Source: Eledone cirrhosa
Lineage: Eukaryota
Length of the DNA stretch: 64,000 bases
Assembly: GCA_964016885.1 (NCBI GenBank)
Contig: OZ024743.1
Coordinates: forward strand, 165,044,001 to 165,108,000
Direction of reading: 5' to 3'
Program-made: the position numbers and the translations under genes
Notes under the pieces: model-generated
What the model was told of the DNA's origin: nothing
Database searches by the model: none
What the model saw: only the letters and a program-made list of their open reading frames with translations
In this document: one piece after another, positions 51,211 to 64,000 of the stretch
How positions within the stretch are numbered: position 1 is the first letter of the stretch
Layout of the letters: every line of letters begins with the position of its first letter

Positions 51211-51400
51211 TCCTCAATAAAGAAGTGGCGGTTTGGGTGTGTAGCACAGAGATCAGCTGCCGCCTTCAGTGGTTCTGGTCTGCGTTTCCCGAAGTTGAAT
51301 AGTTACACGGTGGCCGGCAGTGTTTTACTTTATCAGCGAAGGTGGCATGATACCAGCAAAAAGACGAATTGCTGGCGGGCGAGCTGGCGTGAAGTCGCGA
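51211..51400 (-). mobile_element. Element A gag end and pol start, separated from the rest of A by insertion of C
   Basis: Minus strand CWYHATFADKVKHCRPPC..SGN, GGGAAAC at 51284-51290; HPNRHFFIE joins DLLSGSSFLVDTG at 43491. Confidence 0.88.
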
Positions 51401-52106
51401 ACAACAAAGTTCTTGTCTTCACTGGCAGCTCGCCTTACTGAGGTGCCAGGTGATGCCTGTGAGGGTGCCTGATTATTTCAGCGCCTTAGCCTCGCCATCA
51501 CCCGTGGTAATGCTGCAAGCGTTTAGACGACGTGTATTAGTCTATTTATGACTTGCAAAAATATTCAGAAGAATACGAATGGCTGGTGCGTGTTTGTACA
51601 ATCAGCTCCAAGAAAAATGCGTGTTGTCGCTCTGCATTTTTTTTACCGGAGTGTCTGTATTATTTTTATGACGTCCGTTTGTGACGTCAGAGCTATCACA
51701 CCATAGGTGTCGCTTCGCTACATATAGCCCTCCTCCAGATGACCAATCGATGAAGAAGTAAACATGTAGCAAGAGTTGCTTCCCTTGTTGTGACGATCAC
51801 ATCACCAGTAGCGCTCTCTAGACCGGAAGTGGTTGGAGTTACTTCCCGTTGAGGTGGCAGAACCTTCTTTGTCACTTCCGTCCTGGGACCCTATAAAGGA
51901 GAGAGCTGAAAGCTATCTCCCTCTCTTTTAACCTGCCTGGCCCTTCGGCCAGGCGTGTTCTGCCAGAGGGTATACTCTCTGGCAACCTGAACATGGTAAT
52001 GTAAAGACCTCTTGGTCTCTCGCTTCCTGACCAGTCAAAAAGGGTAAACAAATAACTTTAATTCATTCTTTCATCTCTTTTGGCATGTCAACTATTCTGC
52101 TCTACA

Positions 52107-55100
52107 TAGCTCAACCTTGTTAAATAAACATTGTACATACAACCGAGTGTCTTGTTATATTCATACAACCCAGTGCGCTGTTATACATATGTAGTGAGAA
52201 GCAAGGCAAAGATAGGTAATAAACAAAAGAAATGTTTGCACAAGCAGCAAACAAAAGGCAAGGCACCCAAAATGTAACAACAGAAACATGCAAAACAATC
52301 AATTAAATGCAACAAATCGTAAGAAAGACAAAAGCAAAGGGCTGCAACAAGGGCAGCTTAAATGTACACAGTTTGACACAGTTTGTTTCCAAAAAGGCTC
52401 CAGTGGCCAGTTCATATAATACAAGTTTGGAAGAGTTATTTGGGCCAGTGGACTCTTCGACCGGAACGGGTCGTGGTCTTGTATCTTGGTGATGGGGTGG
52501 GGGCAAAGAAACAGGTGTGTGGGCAAAAGAGAAAGATGGGGGTGTATGTGGCTCAGGTGTGTGGGCCCGTTTAAGTCTATCAACCGCAATGGTCTCTGGA
52601 TCCCTTAATGTCTACAGTGAAATGTTTATCAGAACGAGCCAATACACGGTAGGGTCCAGAGTACGGTTGTGTGAGAGGTGGTCTCACAACATCGTTTCTT
52701 ACGAACACATGGGTCCACGAGGCAATATCCCTCGGGACTGCAGCTTTTAGTCTGCAGTTTGTTTCCTCGTGTCCACCGGCGGCAGGTCCTGAAAATAAGA
52801 ACGTAGACGGGATACGTAGGAAAGCGGATCTTGTGCAGCAAGATCGACAGGGGCAAGCATTTGCCCAGGTAACGCTAGAGGAGCACCATACAATAATTCG
52901 GCCGGGGAGAACCCAAGGTCCTCCTTTATTGATGACCGAATCCCCAACAACACAATAGGGAGGTACTCGCTCCAACGCGTAGAGTCAGGAGAAGTCTGTA
53001 GAGCGGCTATTAGTTGTCGGTGGAAGCGCTCCACCATTCCATTAGATGCAGGATGATATGAAGTTGTTCGGATGCGTTTAGCGCCAATGATCTTCGTCAA
53101 TTCGGAGAAGAGATTCGATTCGAACTGCCTTCCACGGTCCGTTGTAATCGTGGTTGGCACTCCAAAGCGGGCAATCTATCCTGATACTAGGGCACGCGCT
53201 GTCGTTTCAGCAGTGATGTCTTTCAAGGGGATGGTTTCAGGCCATCGCGAAAAACGATCAATAACAGTCAATAGATAAGTATGACCACCACTGACTGGCC
53301 AAGGTCCCACGATGTCCACATTCTTCTGGCCAAATATTCATGTGGACATCCCACGATGTCCACATGAATCTGGCTGTTATGAGCTTTACTGTGGCAGAAG
53401 ATCCTGGGTGGGAAATGCTGTGTAAAGCAAGAAACACAGTACGACGATGGTTTAGCGGGACGATAGGTCTCGGTGAATCCTCGGAAACGTCGCAGAGAAT
53501 CTGTCCGTTTGCGGTGGGCAATGGTAGGTATTTCAAATTACTCGTCGTAAATTCGGCTGATGTAATATCCAACGATTCCAGTGCAGGTTGGTCTGCTGCC
53601 AAGTGATTTGAATTGCTGTCGTGGGATGACGCAATCGAACTGATAAGCAATCGAGACAGGGCGTCAGCCGCTGTGTTCAATGAACCTGGAATGTGTTGGA
53701 TGTCGTTTGTGAATTGCGAGATAAAGTCGAGATGCCTTGTATCTCTGGGCGAGTACTTGTCAGACTTTGCCCTTAAAGCGAAGGTCAACAAAGGTTTATG
53801 GTCAGTATAGATTGTAAAACACCTTCCTTCGAGCATATGTGAAAAATGTTTCACGGAAAGGTAGATGGCTAACAGCTCCCGGCCAAAGGAACTGTAGCGA
53901 GTTTCTGCAGGCTTCAACTTCCTGGAGAAAAATGTCAATGGTTGTTGGTGATCGTCACTATTCTGTTGTAAGACTGCACCCACTGCACTATCCGACGCAT
54001 CAACACAAAGCGAAAGCTTGACATTGAACACTGGGTGGGGCAGCAAAGATGCACTAGCCAATGCTGATTTGGCTTTTTGAAAATCCTCGAGCTGAGTCCG
54101 AGTCAAAGAGATTTCCTTGTTCTTCTTGCGACAATTTTTCAGAATCTCAGTAAGAGAGAAGAGTAGATTAGCACAATGCGGAACAAAACGACTATAGAAA
54201 TTTATCAGTCCTAGAAATTGTCGCAACTGACGAAGTGAGGTCGGCGGAGGCAAATCCTCTATAGCCTGAACTCGTTGAGGGAGGGGTCGAATACCCTCGG
54301 AGTTAATGGCATGACCTAAAAAATTCAGTGATTCCGCACCGAAAACACATTTTGTGGGATTTATTTGAACACTGTAATCCTTGAGTCGACAAAACAAAAG
54401 ATTCAAATGACGTAAGTGCTCTTCTCTGGAGGAACTAGCAATAAGAAGATCATCAATATAAGTGTAGACGAAGTCTAAACCACGAGTGACCTCATCCATG
54501 AACCGTTGAAGTGCTAGCAGCATTCCTAAGTCCGAAAGGCATGGTAAGAAATTCGAATGATCCAAATGGAGTCGTAATGGCCGTTTTCGGAATATTTTCT
54601 TTCTTGACAGGAATTTGATGATAGGCTTCGAGAAAATTTTACATCCCTGCAATGACGATGCAAAATATTTCAGGTGTGGGATAGGGTATCTATCCGGGAC
54701 AGTTATAGCATTTAACTTCCTATAATCCCCAGTGGATCTCCAGTCGCTAGAAGTCTTGGGTAACATGTGCAACGGAGAAGCCCAAGGGCTCGTAGAAGGG
54801 GGAATTATGCCAAGCTGCAGCATGTGGTCGAACTCGGACCGTGCTGCCTTCAATTTGTCCGCAGGCAAGCGACGAGGATGTGAGAACACTGGGGCGCCAG
54901 TTGTAGAGATAAAATGCTCCGTTGCGTGAGTCGGTTCGACAACTCGAAAATTTCCCTGTGTAAGCTGTGGAAAAGAATTCAACAATGCATGATAGGGATT
55001 CCCAGCATTAGCGATGAAAAAGGTCGGGCTAACCGTTGGAAAATTAGCTTTCTGGCCACGAAGAGAAAAACCAGTAATGCCGTCTACTAGGCGTCGGCCA

Positions 55101-55373
55101 CGGACGTCCACCGTCAATGCAAAATGGTGTAGAAAATCCACTCCAAGATCGGATATGGTAGGTCAGCAACCGTAAAAATCCATTTGAATTCTCGTCAAAG
55201 ATTTCTGAATTGCAGAGGAAGCGAGATTTGTTCAAAAGTCCGTATCGGCGAATGATTGACAGCTTGTAGATTCATTGATGACTCAGGAGGAGTTTCTTTA
55301 ACACAGTTCACCGGCCAAATGCTGCAGGAGGCTCCCGTATCTACGAGGAAAGAGCTTCCCGACAGGAGGTCCT
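52107..55373 (-). mobile_element. Element A pol, duplicate copy
   Basis: ORFs 53258..55141 and 52747..53160 are near-identical to unit 1. Confidence 0.92.
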
Positions 55374-55394
55374 TTTAGAATGTTAGTATCAGTG

Positions 55395-58300
55395 TATAAC
55401 GGCGGCGAAGATTCGAAACCGAATCTGAGCTTTCCCGCCTCTGGGGCAAACCGTGGTAACTTGTTTACGCTCAGGAGACTAATCCCTTGGGAGAGGCTAA
55501 ACACAGGTCAGAGGTGTTTACGCCTGACAGAAAATAGGTCAGAGGATATATCCATCTTTCTGACTTGTTTACGCTTGGCAAACTAATCCCTTGGGAGACT
55601 AACCAAAGTTCAGAGGATATATCTATCCTTCTAACTTCAACTCTTATAAAGACAGGGATTGTTTACGCCAAAAATAGAAAAGAAGTGGATACAGACAAGA
55701 CAAGACGTCTTTACAGGCTCTCGTCGCGAAAAACCAGTCTGCCATTTATTCTCACCTTCCTGGCTGATCGCTGACTCCTGCAATACAAATAAGTAAATAT
55801 ACTGATACGCCGCACATACGCATTCATAGTGAGTCCAGCATTTGTACACGCACCATTCATTTCTGTTTACACATATTATAATCGTATTCTGTGATATTTG
55901 AATTTACGTGGCTCGAAGAGCCACCAAATTATTGTATGAATATTTTGTGTCAATTATTTTATCATTCAATATTCAAATTGAATATTGTTGTAATAAAATA
56001 AACTTTGTAACAACACTCCTGGTATGTTTCTCTACGCCGAAACCACCATACCAACAGTTACATCCATCCATCCACTTGTCGTTACAACCACACATAATAT
56101 TCCGTTACAACTGGTGACCCCGTAAAACAGACACACAACCTTTTGATCATCCACAACAAACGATGTCTCTAGCACACGACGATTCATCTACGGCAGAAAT
56201 GGCAGTCAGGTCGACATTAAGGATTCCACTATTCTGGGTGCACGATCCAACACTGTGGTTCGCGCACATCGAAGCGCAGTTCGCATCGAACCGGATCGTT
56301 AGCGAGGCATCCCGTCTCACACATCTAATCGGTTCGATGTCTCCGGAGATTATGAATGAGGTTCGGGACCTCATTTTAGCACCACCCGGCTCTGCGTCAT
56401 ATGACACATTTAAAAGAACATTAGTTAAGCGAACGTCGGAGTCGCAGCAGAAGCGCTTGCACCAGCTACTCATATCGGAGGAATTAGGAGATAAAAAGCC
56501 GACGCAACTCCTACGGAAAATGAAGCAGCTTCTGGGTGAACATAAACTCCCGGATGAAATTTTCGAGCAACTCTTCCTCCAGCGTTTACCTTCTGCCACA
56601 CAAGTTGTACTAGCATCCACCAGGGAGTCCGCCACCATAGAAGAACTTGCCGAGCTGGCAGATAAGATCATGGAGGTATCACATCCGCACTCAACTTTAG
56701 CGAATGTGACGCCAGCCGTGCCTTCCACCAATCCTTTCCTTCAGCCCTCCAGTGCCACAGAGATGCCCGATCTACACCAGTTACTGGCACAGCAAGCAAC
56801 ACAGATACAGGCCTTGACACAACAAATTCAGGCCTTGTCACTGGGCAACCCTGCCACACGTCGGTCCAACAGCCGAACTCGCCGATTTGGTGGTCGCTCA
56901 AGAAGTCCCAGCGCATCTCGAGATTCACCAGAAATGTATTGGTACCACCAAAGATTCGGGAGACGAGCGCAAAAGTGCAGCCATCCCTGATCATTTGTTT
57001 CGAAAACAAATCAGGGAAACAACACAGCCGGAAACTGAATGCGACAGACGTTTCTGGCCCTCATAACCAAAGTCGCCTATTTTTCATACAGGATCACGTC
57101 ACAGGCACGCGTTTCCTTGACGACACCGGTGCTGAAGTGAGCATCATCCCGGTTTTCTGCGTTCCTGGAAAAAGGAGAGAGACACCAGACTGGCTCCAGG
57201 CGGTGAATCACTCACATATTCCGACCTACGGAGAACAGTCCCTGATACTAAATTTGGGACTACGCCGCACTTTCCAGTGGGTATTCGTCGTAGCTAAGCT
57301 GTCGACCCCTATTTTAGGAGCTGATTTTCTTCAGCACTTTTCGCTTCTAGTGGATCTGAAAAACCAACGTCTCGTTGACAACTCCACTGGTCTCGCTGTG
57401 CGCGGCATAGCCGCTAGGACAGCCACAGTCAGTCCAGTCATTTCAAGATCGACAACAACAACCCAGCACAACCACATCATCAACAAATACCCAGACGTAG
57501 CTCAACCACTATTCAACGCTTTCCCTGTAAAACATGATGTCACACACCACATAAAAACTCACGGCCCACCTGTCGCTGCGCGACCTAGAAGGCTACCACC
57601 AGACCGTCAAACAAGAATTTCAGCACATGCTGGATCTCGGCATCATACGTCTGTCCAGCAGCAACTGGTCCTCACCCATACACTGTGTACCCAAGATCGT
57701 CGAACGACTGGCGAATCTGTGGCGACTACCGTGCACTAAACAACTGCACTGTTCCTGACTCTTATCCAGTGCCTCATCTACAGGACTTCTCTAGCGCGCT
57801 GCACGGGGCTCGCATATTTTCGAAGATCGATCTTGTGCGAGCTTACAATCAGATATCCGTTGAGCCCGCAGATATTCCAAAGACCGCAGTCTCAACACCC
57901 TTTGGAATGTTCGAATTTCTGCGTATGCCTTTCGGTTTGCGAAATGCAGCGCAGACATTCCAGCGATTCATCGATACAGTCACCAGGGGGTCTACCTTTT
58001 GTATACGCATACATTGACGACTTACTGGTGGCCAGCAGCTCCGATGAATACATGAGGAACACCTGGATCTCCTATTCACACGTTTGCGTGAATACGGAAT
58101 CGTTATCAACCCCAGCAAATGTGAGTTCGGAGTTGCGTCCCTTCATTTTCTGGGACACATCATTGACAAAGATGGTATTCGCCCACTTAAGGAGAAAGTC
58201 AAATCCATCATTGATTTTCCGCAAACTGCGAGAATTTCTTGGCCTGGTAAACTTCTACAGAAGATTTATACCCCACTGTGCAGAGATAGCCCAACCACTC

Positions 58301-59874
58301 ACAGATTTGCTGCGGCAGCGTACAACCAAAAACGCAAACATCAAGCTCAGCGAAAAAGAATGTACCGTTTTCGCTGAGTTGAAGAAAATGTTGTCCGAGG
58401 CTACAATGCTGAGTTACCCCAAACCTGACGCCCCAATGTGTTTATTGACTGATGCATCCGATTTCGGAGTTGGAGGTGTGCTTCAACAACTCTGGCGATA
58501 TTTGGCGACCTGTATCTTTTTTCTCTAAGCGATTAAAACCCGCCGAAACTAAGTACGGCACATTCAGTCGTGGATTATTGGCAGCATACCTTGCTGTCAA
58601 GCATTTTCGACACATGCTAGAAGGTCGTGTGTTCTCTATATACACCGACCACAAACCACTAGTGTACGCGTTCAACGCCAAGCCTGACCGACACTCACCC
58701 AGGGAGGTCCGACATCTGGACTTCATTTCTCAGTACACTACTGATATTCGGTACATTAAGGGTGCCACCAACTCAGCAGCTAATGCCCTATCGCGCATGG
58801 AGCTTAACGCAATCCACAACACTGCCACTATCGACCTCCAGAGGATTGCAGCGGATCAACAGAATGACGAGGAACTGCTGCAACTCCGGAAATCATCCTT
58901 GAAATTGAAGGAATGCCCGCTGCCCTCTTCTTCGGGTTATATTTGGTGCGACATCTCCACAGGCCACGAGCGCCCATACGTGCCCCGGAAACATCGACGC
59001 GACGTTTTCTCGGCACTGCATTCTCTGGCACATCCTGGCGTCCGCGCCACGCAGAAACTGATGGTTGCCCGCTTTGTGTGGCCCAACATCAACAAGGACA
59101 CCCGCGAATGGGCTAGGAATTGCATCGCGTGCCAGAAGGCGAAAATTCACCGGCACATCAAAGCCCCGATCGGTTCTTTCGCAACACCTGATGCACGGTT
59201 CCAACATGTGCATATAGACATAGTTGGACCTTTGCCTCCTTCTCACAACCACACTCATCTTCTCACCTGTGTCGACCGATTTTCTCGCTGGCCAGAAGCT
59301 TTTCCCCTGACGGATATTACTGCGGAAACTATCGCCAAAACGCTAGTGTTTCACTGTGTTTCGCGTTTCGGCAAACCCGCGACCATCACTACGGATAGAG
59401 GACGTCAGTTCGATTCGCACCTATTTACTGAGCTGACTCGTCTCCTCGGGTGCAAACACATCCGTACAACAGCGTATCACCCTGCCGCTAACGGCATGGT
59501 AGAACGCTTACACCGCCAGCTAAAATCATCTATCAAGGCTTACGAAGACTCCACTAACTGGTTCGAATACCTCCCACTCATTCTTCTTGGTATTTGTTCC
59601 ACTGTTAAGGAGGGAGTCGGAAATTCTCCGGCTGAAATGGTGTATGGCACCGTACTCACTCTACCCGGACAAATGATTGCTCCTGTTTCGCCACAAGAAC
59701 TTCCAGACCCTACAAAATTTGTGCACCGTTTACGGTCATCGATGTCGCATCTGTCTCCTTCAGCCCCTAAACAACAGTACGTTACTTCACACATACCAAA
59801 AGACATCGATACATGGACGCATGTTTTCGTTAGAAATGACGGTATTCCATCGCAACTTCGTCCGCCGTATTCCG
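55395..59874 (+). mobile_element. Element B, duplicate copy retaining the RT C-terminus and RNase H
   Basis: Gag 56163..56990; RT, RH and IN through ORF 58452..60002. Confidence 0.93.
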
Positions 59875-62800
59875 AGTGGAGTCCGGATGTGTCTGTGGAC
59901 TTTAGATCTCTGACACTGTGTGCAGGAACGGCACCAGACAGTAATTTCTCGCCTCATTTTGGGCCAGAAAAATCTAGCTGTTATGAGCTTTACTGTGGCT
60001 GAAATTCCTGGGTGAGAAATGCTGTGCAAAGCAAGGAACACAATTCGACGGTGAGTCTCAGGAACATAAGGTCGTGGTGAATCCGTAGATACATCACACA
60101 GAATCTGCCTGTCGGTGGTCGACAAGGGCAGATATTTGAAGATGCAAGTCGCAAACTCGACAGAAAGAGTATCCAACGATTGGAGTGCAGGTTGGTCTGC
60201 AGCTAAACGACTTAAGTCGATCTCCTGGGATGACGAGATGGAGCTGATTACGAAAACGTGACAATGCGTCTGGAAGCTATGTTAAGCGAGCCAGCAATGT
60301 GCTGGATATCATTTGTAAATTGCGAAACGTAATCCAGATGCCTTGTCTCTCTGGGTCAATATCTGTCGGCTTTAGACCTCAAAGGGAAGGTCAGAGGTTT
60401 GTGGTCAGTTAAAACAGTAAAATTTCTCCCCTCAAGAATGTGAGAGAAATGTTTTACCGACAGATATATGGCTAATAATTGCCGCCCAAACGTGCTGTAA
60501 CGCGTTTCTGTTGGTTTCAGCTTCCTTGAGAAAAATGCCAAAGGTTGTTGGTTTCCAGCGTTGTACTGCTGTAAAACTGCTCCCACAGCGGTATCAGATG
60601 CATCAACACAAAGCGAAAGCTTGGCCTCTGGTACCGGGTGGGCTAGCAAAGATGAACTAGCGTGTGCTGTCTTGGCAGTCTGGAAGTCTTTAAGCTCTCC
60701 TTGTGTCAAGGAAATATCCTCATTCTTCTTACGACGATTTTTCAAAATGTCAGTAAAGGAAGATAGCAAATTAGCACAATGAGGAACAAAACGCCTATAG
60801 AAATTGATTAGGCCTAAGAAGTGACGCAACTGGTGAAGTGTAGTAGGCGGAGGTAAATCCTGTATGGCTTGAACTCGCTGGGGAAACGGCCTAATACCTT
60901 CGGCGTCAATGAGGTGGTCTAAAAAATTTAGCGAAGTGGAACCGAAAACACACTTTGCGGGATTCACACGAACGCGGTAATCCTGAAGTCGCCGAAATAA
61001 AAGATGCATGTGACGCATATGCTCTTCCGGAGAGGAACTAGCGACGAGAAGATCGTCTATGTATCCATAAACGAAGTCCAGACCACGAGTGACTTCGTCT
61101 ATGAACCGCTGAAAATTGATAGCGGCGTTCCTGAGTCCGAAAGGCATAGTAAAAAAATTCGAAGGAACCGAAAGGAGTTGTAATCGCCGTTTTCAGAATA
61201 TCCTCCTTCCTGAGCGGAATTTGGTGGTAAGCTCGCACTAAATCTAGTTTTGAGAAAATCTTACACCCCTGCAATGAAGATGCGAAATCCTGGAGATGGG
61301 CGATGGGATACCTATCCGGGACGGTTATAGCATTTAACCTCCTATAATCCCCAGTGGGTCTCCAGTCGCCAGAGGTCTTGGGCACCATGTGGAACGGTGA
61401 AGCCCAATGACTCGTAGATGGGCGAATAATGCCCAGCTGCAGTATATGGTCGAACTCGGACCGTGCTGCCATTAATTTGTCCGCCGGTAAGCGGCGTGGA
61501 CGCGAAAACACTGGAGCACCGGTGGTGGAAATGAAATGTTCAGTTGAGTGGGTTGGCTCAGTGACTCTAAAATTTCCATTGGTGAACTCCGGGAAAGAAC
61601 CTAACAACGAATGGCAGGCGTCTCCAGCGGCAGCGATGAAGAATATGGGGCTGACTGTTGGAGCATTGGCTTTCCGGCCACGAATTGAAAAACCGGTGAT
61701 GTCATCCACCAGGCGTTGACCACGGACGTCCACAGTCAAAGAGAAGTTGTGGAGGAAATTCGCTCCTAAGGTAGTGTATGGCAAATCGGCAACCGTAAAA
61801 ATCCACTTAAAATCCCTACGAAGATTTAGGAATTTGAGAGGAAGCGAGATTTGTCCGTACGTCTTTATAGACGAGTGGTTAACGGCCTGCAGAGTAACGG
61901 ATGACTCCACGGGGGTATCTTTCAGGCAATGGACTGGCCAAATACTACAAGAGACTCCTGTATCCACAAGGAAACCTCTTCCCGACATAAGGTCCTTAAT
62001 GAAGAAATGGCGGTTTGGTGGCTTTATGTTGAGGTCAACTGCCCCCATCAGCGGACCTCTTTGGCGTTTCCCGCCTTATGAAACGAGCAAGGTTGCACGC
62101 AGTGGTTCGCGCTCTCGGCAAAACGCTCGTGGTACCAGCATAAAGATGAATCTGGTGACCTGGGGCGGCATCTAAAAGATTGAGATCTCCCGCAGCTGTG
62201 CGAACGGGCACCACACCAGACCTTCATCTTCTGGAGCTCCAGGGTGAGTTCCTGAATGAACCTCTGCATCGCCATAATGGCTGAACTCTCTGTAGGAGCT
62301 GCCGCGCAGATGGAATGGCCAGGTGTGGCCTGAGCTGGTTGGGAAACAGCGGTAAGGGCTTCCCTGCCTCCAGCACCCATGACTTCGAAAACTTTGTCCG
62401 CAGAGGCGGCAAGCTGATCCACTGTGCAAGTGTCCCTAATGGGGGCCAAAATTGCCTGTACGTTGGTCGGTAGGCGCGAGAAGAACAACTGCTTCAATAT
62501 GGCAGATTCCGCTACCGACCCCTCCATTAGGTCCTTCATTCGCCTTAGGAGGTTCGATGGGGTGCCATCACCGATATGCTCCAATGGACCAGAGCCCTAA
62601 ATCTTTTCTCTGCGGACTGTGCAGTCCGGCTGAGTATTTCAGCCTTCAGAGACTTGTACGTCGCGTCGGTTGGTGTCTCTAACACCAAGTCCATAATCGC
62701 TGGGATAAGTGCCGGCGGAATTGCACTAAGGACTAGGGGACGTTGTTGTGCTTCGACGATTCTGTCCGCCTCGAAAAATGCTTCGAGTTGGGCGAACCAT

Positions 62801-63860
62801 AACCTTACGTCGCCCGTGTATGTAGGTAGACCAGAATGAGATGCCATTGGTATGCCGTAGGTAATCTGCAAAAAATTGTCTCCGTTCGGAAAAATATCTC
62901 CAAAACAAGGGCAAAAGAAAACAAAATCGCTTGTTTTTCTCTGTAAAACAACTGGACAGGAAAAAGAATGCATCCGAGACAATGTGTAAAGGAGCGACTA
63001 ACCGAGCGATGTCATTAATAAGGTATAGGCGGCGAATTTAAAACAAAAACCAATATGGCGGACGATTTCGCGCCAAAAATACTTTTGATGGAGAAAAAAG
63101 CTGCCATCTTGTCACCCTCAAAATTTTTAGCCAGAGAAAAGTAGAAAAGACATTCATACAATTGTTGTCTTGCTAGGAAGCTAGCAGCAATATCATCTTA
63201 ATATATATTTTTTTTTGTGTGTGTTTGTGTGTAAATAAATGGAATGTTCGCTTTGCACAAATGAGGAGTTTGGTTGTTAAATGTTACAGATAAAGATGCT
63301 GAAATCAGTAAAATACAGCCAGATCAGAATGAAGCGTGTTGTTCTGTATTAAATGTTTTTTTGTTTTTTTTATATACACATAATACCACTTCCTATTTTT
63401 TTTTTCGGTGTCACCAATTTAGAATGTTAGTATCAGTGTATATTTATTATTAAAAATAACAATAATTGCAGGTGCATGGTTTTATTTCACAGAAGTCAAA
63501 TAAATTAATAGAAATAATTTTTACCACATGTTGATGGTCAGTTGGTCGCATCTCCCAGACTGGAGCGTGTAGAGAAAGAGAGAGAGAAGACAGGATTCAT
63601 CTCTAGGGAGAGAAAGCAGGAATCGTCTCTTGAAGGTTGAAGTCGTTCTTTTCAGCTGCGGCATAGGAAGTGAGAGAGAATTGCCTCACGTTCTCAAATA
63701 TATAGTCCCCAAGGGGACGTAACTCCATTTAGTGCATGGATGTACCACTAGGGGTCACGACCGTCTCAAAGGGACGCTTAGTTCATGGATGTGACACTAG
63801 GGGTCACGACCGTCGCAACTCTTATCCGTTCTGAGTTCCAGCCGTAAGGGGGTCGCTACA
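59875..63860 (-). mobile_element. Element C, duplicate copy (5' LTR 63418-63860)
   Basis: Near-identical to 47225-51210 at offset 12650. Confidence 0.93.
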
Positions 63861-64000
63861 TCCTCAATAAAGAAGTGGCGGTTTGGGTGTGTAGCACAGA
63901 GATCAGCTGCCGCCTTCAGTGGTTCTGGTCTGCGTTTCCCGAAGTTGAATAGTTACACGGTGGCCGGCAGTGTTTTACTTTATCAGCGAAGGTGGCATGA

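Larger units (their letters stand above)
39519..51400. repeat. Tandem segmental duplication, unit 1 (11,882 bp)
   Basis: Sequence from acaacaaagttcttg (39519) recurs at 51401; paired ORFs are offset by 11882, then 12650. Confidence 0.97.
51401..64000. repeat. Tandem segmental duplication, unit 2 (runs to the window edge; has 770 bp missing from unit 1)
   Basis: Near-identical to unit 1; 58081-58850 is absent at the 46200/46201 junction. Confidence 0.97.

Overview
AT-rich, repeat-dense eukaryotic DNA, most likely an octopus or other cephalopod (inferred from the SINE/RTE repertoire and microsatellite load). About 1-37.8 kb holds the first 10 coding exons of a CCDC22 orthologue on the minus strand (ATG at 37820; 1362 nt, 454 codons; all introns GT-AG with consistent phase); the gene runs off the left edge. 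Its introns contain tRNA-derived SINEs with TSDs, RTE LINEs, mariner relics, non-autonomous Helitrons (one a tandem dimer), piggyBac/pogo-type MITEs, solo LTRs and a Penelope-like GIY-YIG fragment preceded by two minimal hammerhead ribozyme motifs on opposite strands. About 39.5-64 kb is a tandem duplication (unit about 11.9-12.65 kb) of a nest of three CsRn1-lineage Gypsy LTR retrotransposons inserted in a CRE-like LINE relic. Four different LTR sequences in the window end in non-canonical TGTAG...CTAAA termini rather than TG...CA. All calls were made by eye; no searches or alignments were run.
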